Shown piece by piece: positions 46,501 to 58,204 of a stretch of 64,000 bases of DNA. The notes below the pieces were generated by a model. It saw nothing but the letters and a program-made list of their open reading frames with translations, did not search any database and was not told where the DNA came from. A program made the translations under genes and the position numbers. Source of the stretch: Haliotis cracherodii (lineage: Eukaryota); assembly GCF_022045235.1 (NCBI RefSeq), contig NW_027266264.1:52390001-52454000 (forward strand), written 5' to 3'. The first letter of the stretch is position 1. The number at the start of each line of letters is the position of its first letter.

Positions 46501-49500
46501 NNNNNNNNNNNNNNNNNNNNNNNNNNNNNNNNNNNNNNNNNNNNNNNNNNNNNNNNNNNNNNNNNNNNNNNNNNNNNNNNNNNNNNNNNNNNNNNNNNNN
46601 NNNNNNNNNNNNNNNNNNNNNNNNNNNNNNNNNNNAGATTTGACTGTTCCTAAGAAAATGAGGAATGGGTTTGGTGAAGAAACAACGGTGGATGTAATGG
46701 ACAAGTTCATAGTCAAAGTTTCTCTGTATCCTGTAGTGTTAAAGTCTTGAACCATGCTCCTCTATATCTCAGATTTCCCAATCTCTACCCAAGGACCAGG
46801 GAATGACTCTGAGGGTGGTTGAACAGTATCTCTCCATTATTGCCGATGATTCGGTATGTACATTCACTTGAATAGATGCAGTATTGTTTGAAGAATATTT
46901 AAAATTGTGCTCTCTCCTCCCCCACCTGCCATTTGCCTGTGACACTCAATGGTGGGGAGGCCATGCTTCTTTGTTGAGAGTGAAACCTCATCAGTCCAGA
47001 CCCTGTTAGAATGGTTAAGCTGGGCTGTGTTGTATACTCGCCTTGATGCATAGCGCTGCACTTCTATTTACTAAACAACGTTTCGCTCCATGCAGTGCTG
47101 CGATTACCACTCACTGCGACTGAGAGGTGGTGCACACGGCAGTGAGCAAAATAAAAAATGGCGTCACAGTATGTACTTCTAGAAGTCGCCAAAGGTAACT
47201 TGTCCTTACTGGTGACCGAAGAGCAAGGGAAACGGATGCTATGTTTGCAATGTTTGTGTTTTGTTATTCACCAATAATAGTGTATTTACAGTTCTGATCT
47301 GACTCTTGTGGCAAAGGTGTGGCTAGTATCGGTGATACGTTTACTCAAAGAAATAAGCGACACCATTTTGAATGAAGTGCTCTAATCCACTTAGTTGCAC
47401 AGGTGTGTGAGCAGCGTTGTGCAGCAAAGCTTGTAACCTTTTGCTGAACAACGCGCCCCAGAATAGCTTGCTCTCTGGACAGTTATTGTTGGAAACCTCA
47501 GCATATGATAAAAGAGATCTTACTACCCATGATTTATTAACCTGGAACTCAGACAATTTCATTGGGTACCCTCTGTATTAACAGGGTTTCACTATCAATA
47601 TGTTGGATCATTATGCCAATGATGTTTGAGACCTGTGTTTGTATTATTATGTTTTTTTGTTATTGATGATATAAATTGTGATTTTGAGCTTGCGGAGAAA
47701 AAATGGTTTGTTGACACATAGTTGATTGTACCTTTGAAGAACGGTAATTTTGACTTCCATGTCTGTTCCAGTGTGATTTTGTCAGCAAAGTGGGAGACAG
47801 TGGAGGGGGAATGTATGTCGTCAGTATCCTTCACTTGTTGCCATGGTTAAAGATCTTTTGATCGTGACCATGGTTACAGAACGTCATTATTACTTAATAT
47901 TAATCATTGGTCCAGACTCGATTATTTACAGACAGCGGTCATACAGCTAAACAGATTATTATTCATGATAAATGAGTAAATAATAATCCAAACAAAGCAC
48001 AAGAATAATAATGACATGCCCTATAGATTTGTTGATGTCGATGTTGATGCTCAACTAATGGTTATTGTCACTGTGAAGTGTAAGCTTCTTGACACAGTTT
48101 TTAGGATAGAATACCCAAGTTCTTTACAATAGCTAATCCTAAGGCTAAAAAGATAATGGTCTTGGTTCTCAGGCACCACCGACTTCATCATAAGGTCTGC
48201 CGCACATTTCGTTTTTATTTCCATTATAAAACATCAAACAAAATCCTAATACTTAAAAACGATGCCATCCAATGAAGCATGCAGTTACCTCCCTTTACAT
48301 CCCCTCTGCCTACTGTGCCTCTCATGTTATGGTCAAGGCGACAGTAGAAGTTTGTTTGCTTCTTTATGTAGGGAGGCCCTTTCTCATGCTGATGGTGCAC
48401 AACTGTGTATTTGGTTACATACCAGTTTGAACAAGCCAAAAAAGACTAAAAAACACCGCCCACCTGCACTATGTTTTCAAAAGTCATTGCCTGAGAACCA
48501 CTTCTTTTATTTTTTAAGCCTAAAGTGTGAATACTGTTTTCACCATGATATGCACCCTGAGAGCTTAGGAAATTGACGAAAGTTGGCGCTTATTAAACCA
48601 TACACCCTTATTATTATTCTGCACTGCTGGTTTCAGGGAAAAATATGTAATACGAACAACAAATATGGACTGTCATGTAAATTGTACTTAAAAGATTACT
48701 TACAGATTGATCTAGAAGTTGGTCAAGTGGCACTTAGTGGAGAAAGGTGCTTGATAAGACAAATACATTCATTTAAAGTACATTTATGTGATGGTGTGCG
48801 TCCTTCTGGTTTTACAAGTGATTTGTCAGTATTCATGGTTAAGAATTCTGATGCCCACTTAATAAAATTTGCACATTTATGTAATGATCTCGACTACAAA
48901 TGCCCCAGCATTGATGTATGCAGTCCTTAACTCATTGCTAGACATCTTCAAGTCTCTCACAGCACTCTGCAAGGCACACATTGAATCTGTGGTGCAGGAA
49001 AGGTGAGAAGTGTAGCTGTGTTCTGTTGTATGTTGATATGTCCTCCTCTGCCTTCATCAATAACTAGATCTACCAGATGTATTTAAGATTCAATGAGTAC
49101 TGCCGTTCAGTTGAAGGAAATGAAAGTAATTGGTTACAACAAATCTTCAGCTTGATATGATCTATGTGAATCATGACGTGTATTATTTGTAAGAAGATCT
49201 GTTCAGCAGAGAAATATGACTATAGTGAACATCCTGCGCAGATATTCTATCGTCAATACAGTGTCTCACATCCATCTGCAGGTTCGGCTCCAAGTGTGTG
49301 AGACTGTTCCGAGTCCTCCTCCTTAAGAAACACGTTGAACAGAAGCAGGTGAGACGAACCTTCAACTGATGTACATACATCTATTTCAGAGAATGCTTAT
49401 CGCCTTCACTTTTATCATGGCGCTTTGTGGCCAAATGATCACCATTAATGTCAGTGATGACAAGTGTGGATTCCTGGTTCAGATTTCTAGGCTTCACGAA

Positions 49501-52500
49501 GGACAGATTCCTTTATTCTGAGTTTTGAGTCAGCTATTGTATATATTACACATTATCAATTTAAGAAATTAAAGAAAGAAAGAGGTTTGAGACTTCACTG
49601 AAGTCAGCTTATTGTTCAGATGAGGTAATGTTTCTTTGTGAGAGATCATGAACAATATGTAACATCATGAACAATGGATGACATGAACAATGGATGATGA
49701 CATCATGAACAGTTGATGACATGAACAATGGATGACATGAACAGCAGATTAAATAATGAACAGTTGATGACATGAACAGTTGATGACATGAACAGTTGAT
49801 GACATGAACAGTGGTTGATATGAACAATGGATGACACAACAATGGATGACATCATGAACAGTAGATGACATGAACAATGGATGGCATGAACAGTTGATGA
49901 CATGAACAATGGTTGATATGAACAATGGATGACACAACAATGGATGACATCATGAACAGTAGATGACATGAACAATGGATGACATGAACAGTTGATGACA
50001 TGAATAGTTGATGACATGAACAATGGAAAATGCCATCATGAACAGTTGATGCCATTATGAACAGTAGATGACATGAAGAATGAATGACATGAAGAATGGA
50101 TGTTGACATCATGAACAGTAGATGACATAAACAATGGATGACATGAACAGTGGATGACATGAACAATGGATGACATGAACAGTGGATGACATAAACCGTG
50201 GATGACATGAACAGTGGATGTCATGAACAATGGATGACATGAACAATGGATGACATGAACAGTGGATTACATCATGAACAGTGGATTATGTCACATCGTC
50301 ATATCTCTTAAACTGACCAAACAGCACTGAGACTCATTAAAATGCCCATTTGCAATATTGGATAGTTATGACACTTTGTGCCCTTATGGGTAGTATTTGA
50401 GGATGTTGTTCAAGTTAAACACATGTTGACTTCAGATAGAGGAGTGTGCCATGATCCCTGCAAAGGAGGCCAAGGATCTTCTGTACACCATGTTTGCTGA
50501 GAACTTTGTGTCCATCACTGTAAGTGTTGCCCTCTGTACATGTGTGTTCCATATACCACACACATGATGCACACACAAACTGACACAAGCTTGAATCCAG
50601 AGGTTTTTTTATTAAAAAAAGGAGAAAATACTGATTAACTTGGAGTTGTTTTATTCTTCAAGCTTTGATCATGTTGATAGATATTGGAGCTTAAGATACA
50701 ACAACAAATCACTTTTTGCTCTATGACTAAATGACTGGTGATCTGTAACTTCAATCTCATTAAAATCAGATCTTAGTTCTCGCTACTGCTAAACAAAGAT
50801 CTGAGGACACCCCATTGCGGGTCATGTCTGAACGACACAGGGTATTCCGAACGACAGTTATGGGCTTTATGTCTGTATTCATACAATCTAGACCATCTAT
50901 TAGCTATTTCAGGATGTTCTTTTGATCAGTTTTTAATTTTTAATTGAGTACATGTCAAAATATGTTACATAGCGTAGTCGCCAGTTTAAAACTCGTGCCG
51001 TAAAGCTCGATTAAGCTGCCTTCTGATTGGCTATTGTCGACTTCTTGTTAGTCATTCCATTGGTCGGTCAAAGTTTGTGAAAGGTCGGTTTGACATGACC
51101 TATACTGGGATGTCCTCAGATCTTTGTTTAGCAGTAGCAAGAACTAATAGATTTTAATGAGATTGTCTATAGCCTGTATGTTAGTGGTATTTAATGTTAA
51201 TAATGATGTATAAGATTGGTAGGTTGTTACTTTAAGACTAGTTAGCTTTTACTCTTGAATAAGTGATCATTTTCTAATTGTTTATTCTCTTTTGATGACA
51301 CCTTTTAAAATAAATGTGTAATTTGCTCTCATCGCTCTATGGCTGAGGTGATGCCTGTGTGATGTTAAACCTTTACCTCACTCACCCTGAGACCAAAGCT
51401 CTAAAATGTGATACCTAAGAAGCACTTTTTTCACATGTAAACAAGAGAGTTTACTTACCAATTGGAATACAAATGTTTCACGTTTTATTGTGAGAGAAGG
51501 GGGACTTTTCAGCAAATGTTTATTTATATATCAGGAGATATCCAAGACCCCGGACCATGCCCCCTCACGGACATTCTACCTGTTCAAGGTAGACATTGAC
51601 CAGGTGGCTCGCATGTTGCTGGAGAGATGCTACAAGGTTTGTACAAGATGAATAGTTGGGTACACATGGACCACAAGATGAATAGCTGGGTAGACATGGA
51701 TCACAAGATGAATAGTGGGGTACACATGGACAACAAGATAAATAGTGGGGTACACATGGACCACAAGATGAATACTGCATGGGGTACACATGGACCACAA
51801 GATGAATAGCTGGGTAGACATGGATCACAAGATGAATAGTTGGGTAGACATGGACAAGAATAATAATAGTGGGGTACACATGGACCACAAGATGAATAGT
51901 TGGGTACACATGGACCACAAGATAGATACTGGGGTACACATGGACCACAAGATGAATAGCTGGGTAGACATGGATCACAAGATGAATAGCTGGGTAGACA
52001 TGGACAAGAATAATAATAGTGGGGTACACATGGACCACAAGATGAATAGTTGGTGTACACATGGACCACAAGAGTAGATCAAAGTGAAATACTTTAATTA
52101 GTATTGGTGTTTTGTTACTGGTTGAGAGAGAGTATGTTGTCTTCAGATGAGAAATGTCCTTACAGCAACATGCTGCGACTCTGATTTCAGGCCCTTGCAA
52201 ATTCAATGATGAGAAGAGAAATGGAGGTTGCAGATCACAAGTAAGCAGACATTTCCCAGTGTTTGGGGTCATTAAAATATTTTTACTTTGATAACAGATT
52301 TCCTGTTCAGCGTGCAGGTTTTATTGATACCCAGACATGTGGTTTGTCAGTTGTCATTGTTTTAGCACTTTTACTGCTATGTGTGGCGTGTATCGGTTAT
52401 GAAGACGCAATGATGGCTTGTCATCAATGGTCATAAGAAGCAACTACGGCATTGTGTCATTGAAGTTGCTCAGATCAGCTACTGATTTGTCTGGTTCAGA

Positions 52501-55500
52501 CTTTATTGTGCCAGAGGTCACTGTAATATTGGTTAATTGCATGATCAACCACCCACTGTTGTGCACCCCCCACCCACCGTTGTGCAGCCCCCACCCACCG
52601 TTGTGCACCCCCCACCCACCGTTGTGCACCCCCCACCCACTGTTGTGCACCACCCGCCTACTGTTGTGCACCACCCACCGTTGTGCACCCCCCACCGTTG
52701 TGCACCCCCCACCCACTGTTGTGCACCACCCGCCTACTGTTGTGCACCCCCCACCCAACGTTGTGCACCATCAACCCACTGATGTGCACCACCCAACCAG
52801 TCGTACATCACCAGTCCATTGTCGTGGACATCCTACCCACTGTTGTGCATCACCCACCCACTGTTGTACATCACCCATCCACTGTTGTGCACCACCCACC
52901 CACTGTTGTGCACCCACCCACTGATGTGCACCACCCGCCCACCATTGTACATCACCCATCCACTGTTGTGCACCCCCCACCCACTGTTGTGCACCCACCC
53001 ACTGATGTGCACCACCCGCCAACCGTTGTACATCACCCATCCACTGTTGTGCACCACCCACCCACTGTTGTGCACCCCCCGCCTACTGTTGTGCACCACC
53101 CGCCCACCGTTGTACATCACCCATCCACTGTTGTGCACCACCCACCCACTGTTGTGCGCCCACCCACTGATGTGCACCACCCGCCCACCGTTGTACATCA
53201 CCCATCCACTGTTGTGCACCACCCACCCACTGTTGTGCACCCACCCACTGATGTGCACCACCCGCCCACCGTTGTACATCACCCATCCACTGTTGTGCAC
53301 CCCCAACCACTGTTGTGCACCACCCACCCACCGTTGTACATCACCCATCCACTGTTGTGCACCATCAACCCACTGATGTGCACCACCCAACCACTGTCGT
53401 ACAGCACCAGTCCATTGTCGTGGACATCCTACCCACTGTTGTGCATCACCCACCCACTGTTGTACATCACCCATCCACTGTTGTGCACCACCCACCCACT
53501 GTTGTGCACCCACCCACTGATGTGCACCACCCGCCCACCGTTGTACATCACCCATCCACTGTTGTGCACCACCCACCCACTGTTGTGCACCCACCCACTG
53601 ATGTGCACCACCCGCCCACCGTTGTACATCACCCATCCACTGTTGTGCACCCCCCACCCACCGTTGTACATCACCCATCCACTGTTGTGCACCCCCAACC
53701 ACTGTTGTGCACCCCCCGCCTACTGTTGTGCACCACCCGCCCACCGTTGTACATCACCCATCCACTGTTGTGCACCAACCACCCACTGATGTGCACCACC
53801 CAACCACTCGTACATCACCAGTCCATTGTCGTGGACATCCTACCCACTGTTGTGCATCACCCACTCTCTGTTGTGCAGACGTCTGCTGGACAAGCAGGAG
53901 CGAGTGGAGGCCATCATCGCGTCGCTGGAGCAGGAGGGTGGGGAGGCAGCTCAGAAGGAAGAAATTGAACAGATGATCACACCACCGGAGAGGGCACAGC
54001 TCGATAAAGTCAAGAAAACTGTCAATATGTATGTAAAGGAGAAACCACTTCTCCTCAGGATTACTTGAGATTGTAAACCTAGACAGTCCATAGGCCCCTT
54101 CAGTATGTTCCCTACTGGCAGGGTTTACAATCTCAAGTAATTGTCCAACTTATAAAGCCACCATCACTTGGATAATAAGAAAACATTGAGATACCTTATA
54201 GTGAAACAGTACAATGTGTCACGGTATGAAAGGAATTCGATCAGAAAAATTGCGAGCTAAAAACCATGTGCAGCATGGAGCAGAAGATTCATGACATGTC
54301 AATCTGAACAACTTTTCATCATCTACTCCGGTGGCTCAGTTACAAAACTAAATATATGTGAGGTTTACATTGATTGTAGCCCCTGGAGGAGGGTGTAGAA
54401 TCAATCATTGTAAGCCCTCATAGGAGGCCTTTCAATCATTGTGAACCAGACTGTAAGGCATCACATAAAAACTAATGCACTCTATTACCTGCCAGGGTTA
54501 CACAAACACGTAGGAGGTTTATAAGTATATGGTATCCGTTACCTCATGAACATGTCCCTTAGAGCTCATGAAGTACACACACTTACTGTTGGTGTAGAAA
54601 TCTACAAATGATGTAGCAAAGGAGATGGAGATTTGTAATTTCTGCTGTTTTTCTATCCAAAAATATTCCCATTTTGAAAACAAGTTCATATTGGCATGAA
54701 AAGGACTTGAATCAGATGCTCTGTCTTAAAAGGCTTTGAGATTAAAGAGTACCTTTAGAAAGGGCTTGAGTTTTTTATTTTAACGCTTTACAAAGAAGTG
54801 CATCTGTAAGATCGTCAATATAAATTATTCAGTCGGATTCCTGGTCAGAATTGGTCCCCATCAACATATGCTTGTCGTAAGAGGTGACTTCATAGATTGG
54901 ATGGTTCACAGGGGTTTGTAACCCCAAAATTAGCAGCTGCAAGATCTATGGTAACTACCAGTGTCATAGTACTGTGTGGGCGGTCGGGTAGCCTAGTGGT
55001 TAAAGCGTTCGGGTAGCCTAGTGGTTAAAGCGTTCACTCGTCACGCCGAAGACCCGGGTTCGATTCCCGACATGGGTACAATGTGTGAAGCCCATTTCTG
55101 GTGTCCCCCGCCGCGATATTGCTGGAATATTGCTAAAAGCGGCGAAAACCATACTCACTCACTCATAGTTCTGTGTACAAGGAGAGGAAGGTAACAGTGC
55201 ATAGTTTTATGGGGTATGTACAGTGAACATTGTTGTACTCGTGCCACAACAAACTTAGTGTGTTGACCTTGATATTTAGTGCCATGCAGGGTATAATATG
55301 CTCTGATAATTTTTCCTTTACATGCCCCTGTACAAGGCATGCATATCATGAATATGCTCTAGACCATAAAACCTTGTCTACATGTTAATGAATCCTGCAA
55401 TAATGCATTGTAGGAGTCAGCTGGAGGGTCACTGTGAGGTCAGAGTGTTGATGTTTGTTTCAGGTTGGACAGCTGCGAGGTTCAGTTGGACAACACGATA

Positions 55501-55572
55501 TTTCTCCTGGAGACCTATCTGGAATACACCAAGATCCCACTACCTGTCTTGAAGAAAAAACAAGCCTTCTAG
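40433..55572 (+). CDS. POLR3C: RNA polymerase III subunit RPC3/RPC62, ~536 aa; join(40433-40579, 41343-41604, 43369-43539, 43767-43843, 44335-44439, 45884-45976, 46773-46853, 47772-47823, 48942-49002, 49282-49348, 50436-50519, 51535-51636, 52191-52240, 53879-54028, 55464-55572)
   Basis: Motifs RYPKYIY, DDGLYWQVNFDRFHQHFRDQAII, GDSGGGMY, ERFGSK, AMIPAKEAK, EISKTPDHAPSRTFYL, RLLDKQERVEAII; all 15 exons in phase (1611 nt). Confidence 0.95.
40748..41008 (+). mobile_element. tRNA-derived SINE (family A) in POLR3C intron 1
   Basis: B box GGTTCGAATCC, (ACTC)n tail, 14-bp TSD CTATCAAAATTATG (40734-40747/41009-41022). Confidence 0.92.
41343..41604 (+). CDS. POLR3C: POLR3C exon 2
   Basis: VKRALWVLSHQN...RYPKYIYCAKTLYGD. 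Confidence 0.95.
42151..42302 (-). mobile_element. tRNA-derived SINE (family B), diverged
   Basis: A/B boxes, (ACTC)n tail, degenerate TSD GAATCRCTARATTA. Confidence 0.8.
43369..43539 (+). CDS. POLR3C: POLR3C exon 3
   Basis: AG/GT in phase; KFSSLVRTHFLHR. Confidence 0.92.
43767..43843 (+). CDS. POLR3C: POLR3C exon 4
   Basis: GPKRKRS...TKKLK (NLS-like); in phase. Confidence 0.88.
44335..44439 (+). CDS. POLR3C: POLR3C exon 5
   Basis: DDGLYWQVNFDRFHQHFRDQAII. Confidence 0.95.
44895..45219. repeat. ~116-bp tandem duplication followed by a (CACCT)n microsatellite
   Basis: TTGGAAGTGATGTCACCAT at 44895 and 45011; CACCT runs 45153-45219. Confidence 0.85.
45884..45976 (+). CDS. POLR3C: POLR3C exon 6
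   Basis: AGEIVRTMLRLSE. Confidence 0.93.
46343..46635. other. Assembly gap (293 N), intronic
   Basis: Run of N; flanking exons join in phase. Confidence 0.99.
46773..46853 (+). CDS. POLR3C: POLR3C exon 7
   Basis: ISQSLP...EQYLSIIADDS. Confidence 0.92.
47772..47823 (+). CDS. POLR3C: POLR3C exon 8
   Basis: CDFVSKVGDSGGGMYVV. Confidence 0.93.
47824..48941 (+). other. U12-type (minor spliceosome) GT-AG intron
   Basis: 5' site GTATCCTT; branch point TCCTTAAC (48924-48931) 10 nt before the intron end; no polypyrimidine tract. Confidence 0.93.
48942..49002 (+). CDS. POLR3C: POLR3C exon 9
   Basis: NIFKSLTALCKAHIESVVQER. Confidence 0.92.
49282..49348 (+). CDS. POLR3C: POLR3C exon 10
   Basis: FGSKCVRLFRVLLLKKHVEQKQ. 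Confidence 0.94.
49660..50290. repeat. ~16-bp minisatellite (GATGACATGAACARTG)
   Basis: Tandem units in a POLR3C intron. Confidence 0.92.
50436..50519 (+). CDS. POLR3C: POLR3C exon 11
   Basis: IEECAMIPAKEAKDLLY. Confidence 0.95.
50752..51165. mobile_element. Second copy of the long-TIR MITE at 34364
   Basis: Same TIRs CAATCTCATTAAAATC...; TSD degenerate. Confidence 0.9.
51535..51636 (+). CDS. POLR3C: POLR3C exon 12
   Basis: EISKTPDHAPSRTFYLF...RCYK. Confidence 0.95.
51642..52072. repeat. 30-bp minisatellite (CACAAGATGAATAGTTGGGTACACATGGAC)
   Basis: About 14 units starting just after the exon 12 donor. Confidence 0.93.
52191..52240 (+). CDS. POLR3C: POLR3C exon 13
   Basis: ALANSMMRREMEVADHK; in phase. 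Confidence 0.88.
52547..53878. repeat. 18/21-bp C-rich minisatellite (CCACCCACTGTTGTGCACCAC)
   Basis: Tandem units running into the exon 14 acceptor. Confidence 0.95.
53879..54028 (+). CDS. POLR3C: POLR3C exon 14
   Basis: RLLDKQERVEAIIASL...MITPPERAQL. Confidence 0.95.
54978..55162 (+). mobile_element. tRNA-derived SINE (family B) with a duplicated A-box segment
   Basis: 25-bp duplication CGGGTAGCCTAGTGGTTAAAGCGTT; B box GGTTCGATTCC; 14-bp TSD TCATAGTWCTGTGT. Confidence 0.92.
55464..55572 (+). CDS. POLR3C: POLR3C exon 15 (terminal)
   Basis: LDSCEVQLDNTIFLLETYL...KQAF*. Confidence 0.93.
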
Positions 55573-56711
55573 GACCCACTGTAAATAAATCTAGTAAATG
55601 TATTGTATTATTCCGGGATGTGTGGTTTATCTAAGTCAGCATTGCTGCACCATGGTGGACAGTGTATGCATGTGTGTCACTGGTCAGGAGCACATCTAGC
55701 GTGGGATATTACCACATGTGGCGTAATTGTGTTCACACCTTGTTTTCCTCATTGGACCTCCGTGACAGTGGATATTTGAGTGACTGAGTTTGGTATAGTG
55801 CAGCTTTGAACCTATACTACTCAAAAACAACTAAGGACCACCCAATTCTTTCATATTACCAAAGGTAATGTGTCATATCATGACACTAACTACAGTAATA
55901 TGAAAGATTCTGGTTGAGTATTATACTTCAGTTGAATCATGTCATGTCATGTCATGTCATGTCATGTGATTGTCACTGTACAACAAATTCAGATCAGGTG
56001 CAAATCCACTTTTATTACCAAGTGTCATACATATTTAAATCTAATTATAAAAATATGATTAAATGCATCTAGTTAAACATACCAGTCCCAGAAGGCAAAC
56101 AGCCCCCCCTTCATCCAGGATCAAGGTCCAGACTATACATGTAACAACCTGAGAAACAAAAACTGATGTTAACTCTGTGCCCCAATGGAAACCGCTAGTA
56201 AGGCACTGGAGTCAATTTTCCTAACAGAATCTCTTTTGTATAACGTGGTGGTCTGTATTCAGCAGATAGATTTCAGTGTTTGAAGTAAATGTAGATGACA
56301 AAAGTTGACATATGACCATGATGACTAGGGGTATGCTTAATAACCATGGCAACAAATTATCAATACTTGATGCTGAAGTATTCCAATCATTATTATGGCT
56401 TGTATTTTACTAAAATATCCCTTTTATATGTTGAATACATGGGTAGACCTGTTTTCATGAGGGAATAATATCATGTGACAGACATTATGATACCCAAGCC
56501 TGCCAGCTATATATTGAGGAGTAGATTTGAATGTATAGAGCAAAAACCTCTTTCCTTTACAATGTATCATGCAATATAAAGCATTAACATGTACTGTAAA
56601 TGACTGTTGCAGTGATTATATTTGGAACAATTACTAAAGCTTACAAAAAGATCTCAAATAAATTTCTGATGTTCCAAAATGAGCCAGAAAATCCTAATAT
56701 CTAAAATCAGA

Positions 56712-57204
56712 TGTAACAAATGTTATATTTGGGATAACACTTACTTTGTAAAGTACAGATTCTCATACCTTTTTTGGGTTGAGTCCTGACCGGGATTCGA
56801 ACCCACACTGCCAGAGTGAGGCATCTAATCGCCAGCGCACAAAGTCAGCGATCTAACCCACTCAGCCACCGAGGCTTCGACAAAATGAAAGTTCGAAAAC
56901 TGGTAGTCTAGATCACCTACTTTGTGCACCCCTCTGACAAGTGTAAATTATCACAGCTCCCATAGCCGAAAGCTATGAACACACAATGCCATTTAGAAAG
57001 TGGTAAAATGTAACAAATATTATATTTGGGATGACACTTTCTTAGTGTGCTGGCAATTAGGTGCCTCACTCTGGCAGTGAGGGTTCGAATCCCAGACGGG
57101 ACTCAACCCAAAAAAGTATGAGAATCTGTACTTTACAAAGAAAGTGTTATCCCAAATAAAACATTTGTTACATTTTACCACTTTCTACATGGCATTGTAT
57201 GTTC
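56712..57204. mobile_element. Non-autonomous retroelement with a tRNA-like core and partial-tandem plus inverted structure
   Basis: 13-bp TSD ATCTAAAATCAGA (56699-56711/57205-57217); ~297-bp unit; inverted arm 57043-57206. Confidence 0.8.
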
Positions 57205-58204
57205 ATCTAAAATCAGAGTACCAACTCAAATTTAAGTTTAAAAATCTATCTTCCCTAGCTGTATCAATATCTACAAATATACCATACCTTTCTTAAGAAA
57301 CAACTGTCAACTGTAAAACATGGTGTGGAAATAAATATAACATGAAAAATGATATACCGGTACTGGATTTCTAAACCTATCTAAACTGAATAGATACACC
57401 ATCATCATCATCTGGGAGTATCATCACCTGTAAAATATTTTATTTTGGTGATGTGACAAAGTGAGAAAGCAAGGACCCGAGACCCAGCCCCTGTGGTGGT
57501 CTCACTGGACAGGTCTTACTGGACAGATCTCACTGGACAGATGCCACAGGCTGAGGTCCGGCCAGACCACCAAAGGTGTCAGGTCTGAGGGGCATTGTTT
57601 TCACATTATTACCTCTCCAAAAGTAATTAATTGTTTTGTTATACCAAAATTCATATATGAAATATGAAATATGAAATACTTGATTTCATCTGTTTTGTCC
57701 TTGAGATCTTTTTCAGGAAGATCAGCGAACCATATATTACCACTTACCAATAATGTTTTCTTGATCAATATTGATCACGTGACAGGTCAATAGTAAACAT
57801 TTTTGGGTCAGTTTTCTATTGTTAGCCAACTTAAGTCAGCATTGAAATATATTGTTTCGTCATGTGATGTGGATTAACCAATGAAATTCACAGATTCTTA
57901 ATAGAGGTATAACAATTCTGTATACACAACAAATGTGGGTGAATAATCTGATTTCTTATCACTGTGCAAAACCTTGCCATCAGATTAAATACACCAGTTA
58001 ATGGCTTCACTGTCAACAACCAACATTTACATTAAATATGAGACACATCCATACCAGTACATATAATGAGACATCCTGTTTTCACACCTCAGGAGTATTC
58101 CCAGTGAGAATGAATCAAAGTAATTTTTGTTTGCCTAATATGTATACTGAGTTAGTGAGCGGCTTTTAGCAGTATTCCAGTGATATCATGGCGTGTTGCC
58201 TTAA

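Noticed and set aside
46282-46755. ORFs of 149-157 aa; possible hidden exon
   Set aside because: They span the N gap; POLR3C is complete and in phase without it
49609-53976. His/Pro/Val/Cys-rich ORFs up to 368 aa
   Set aside because: Intronic minisatellites open in multiple frames on both strands
54978-55072. tRNA-Asp-like gene
   Set aside because: Continues into a SINE body, (ACTC)n tail and TSD; no proper acceptor stem or terminator
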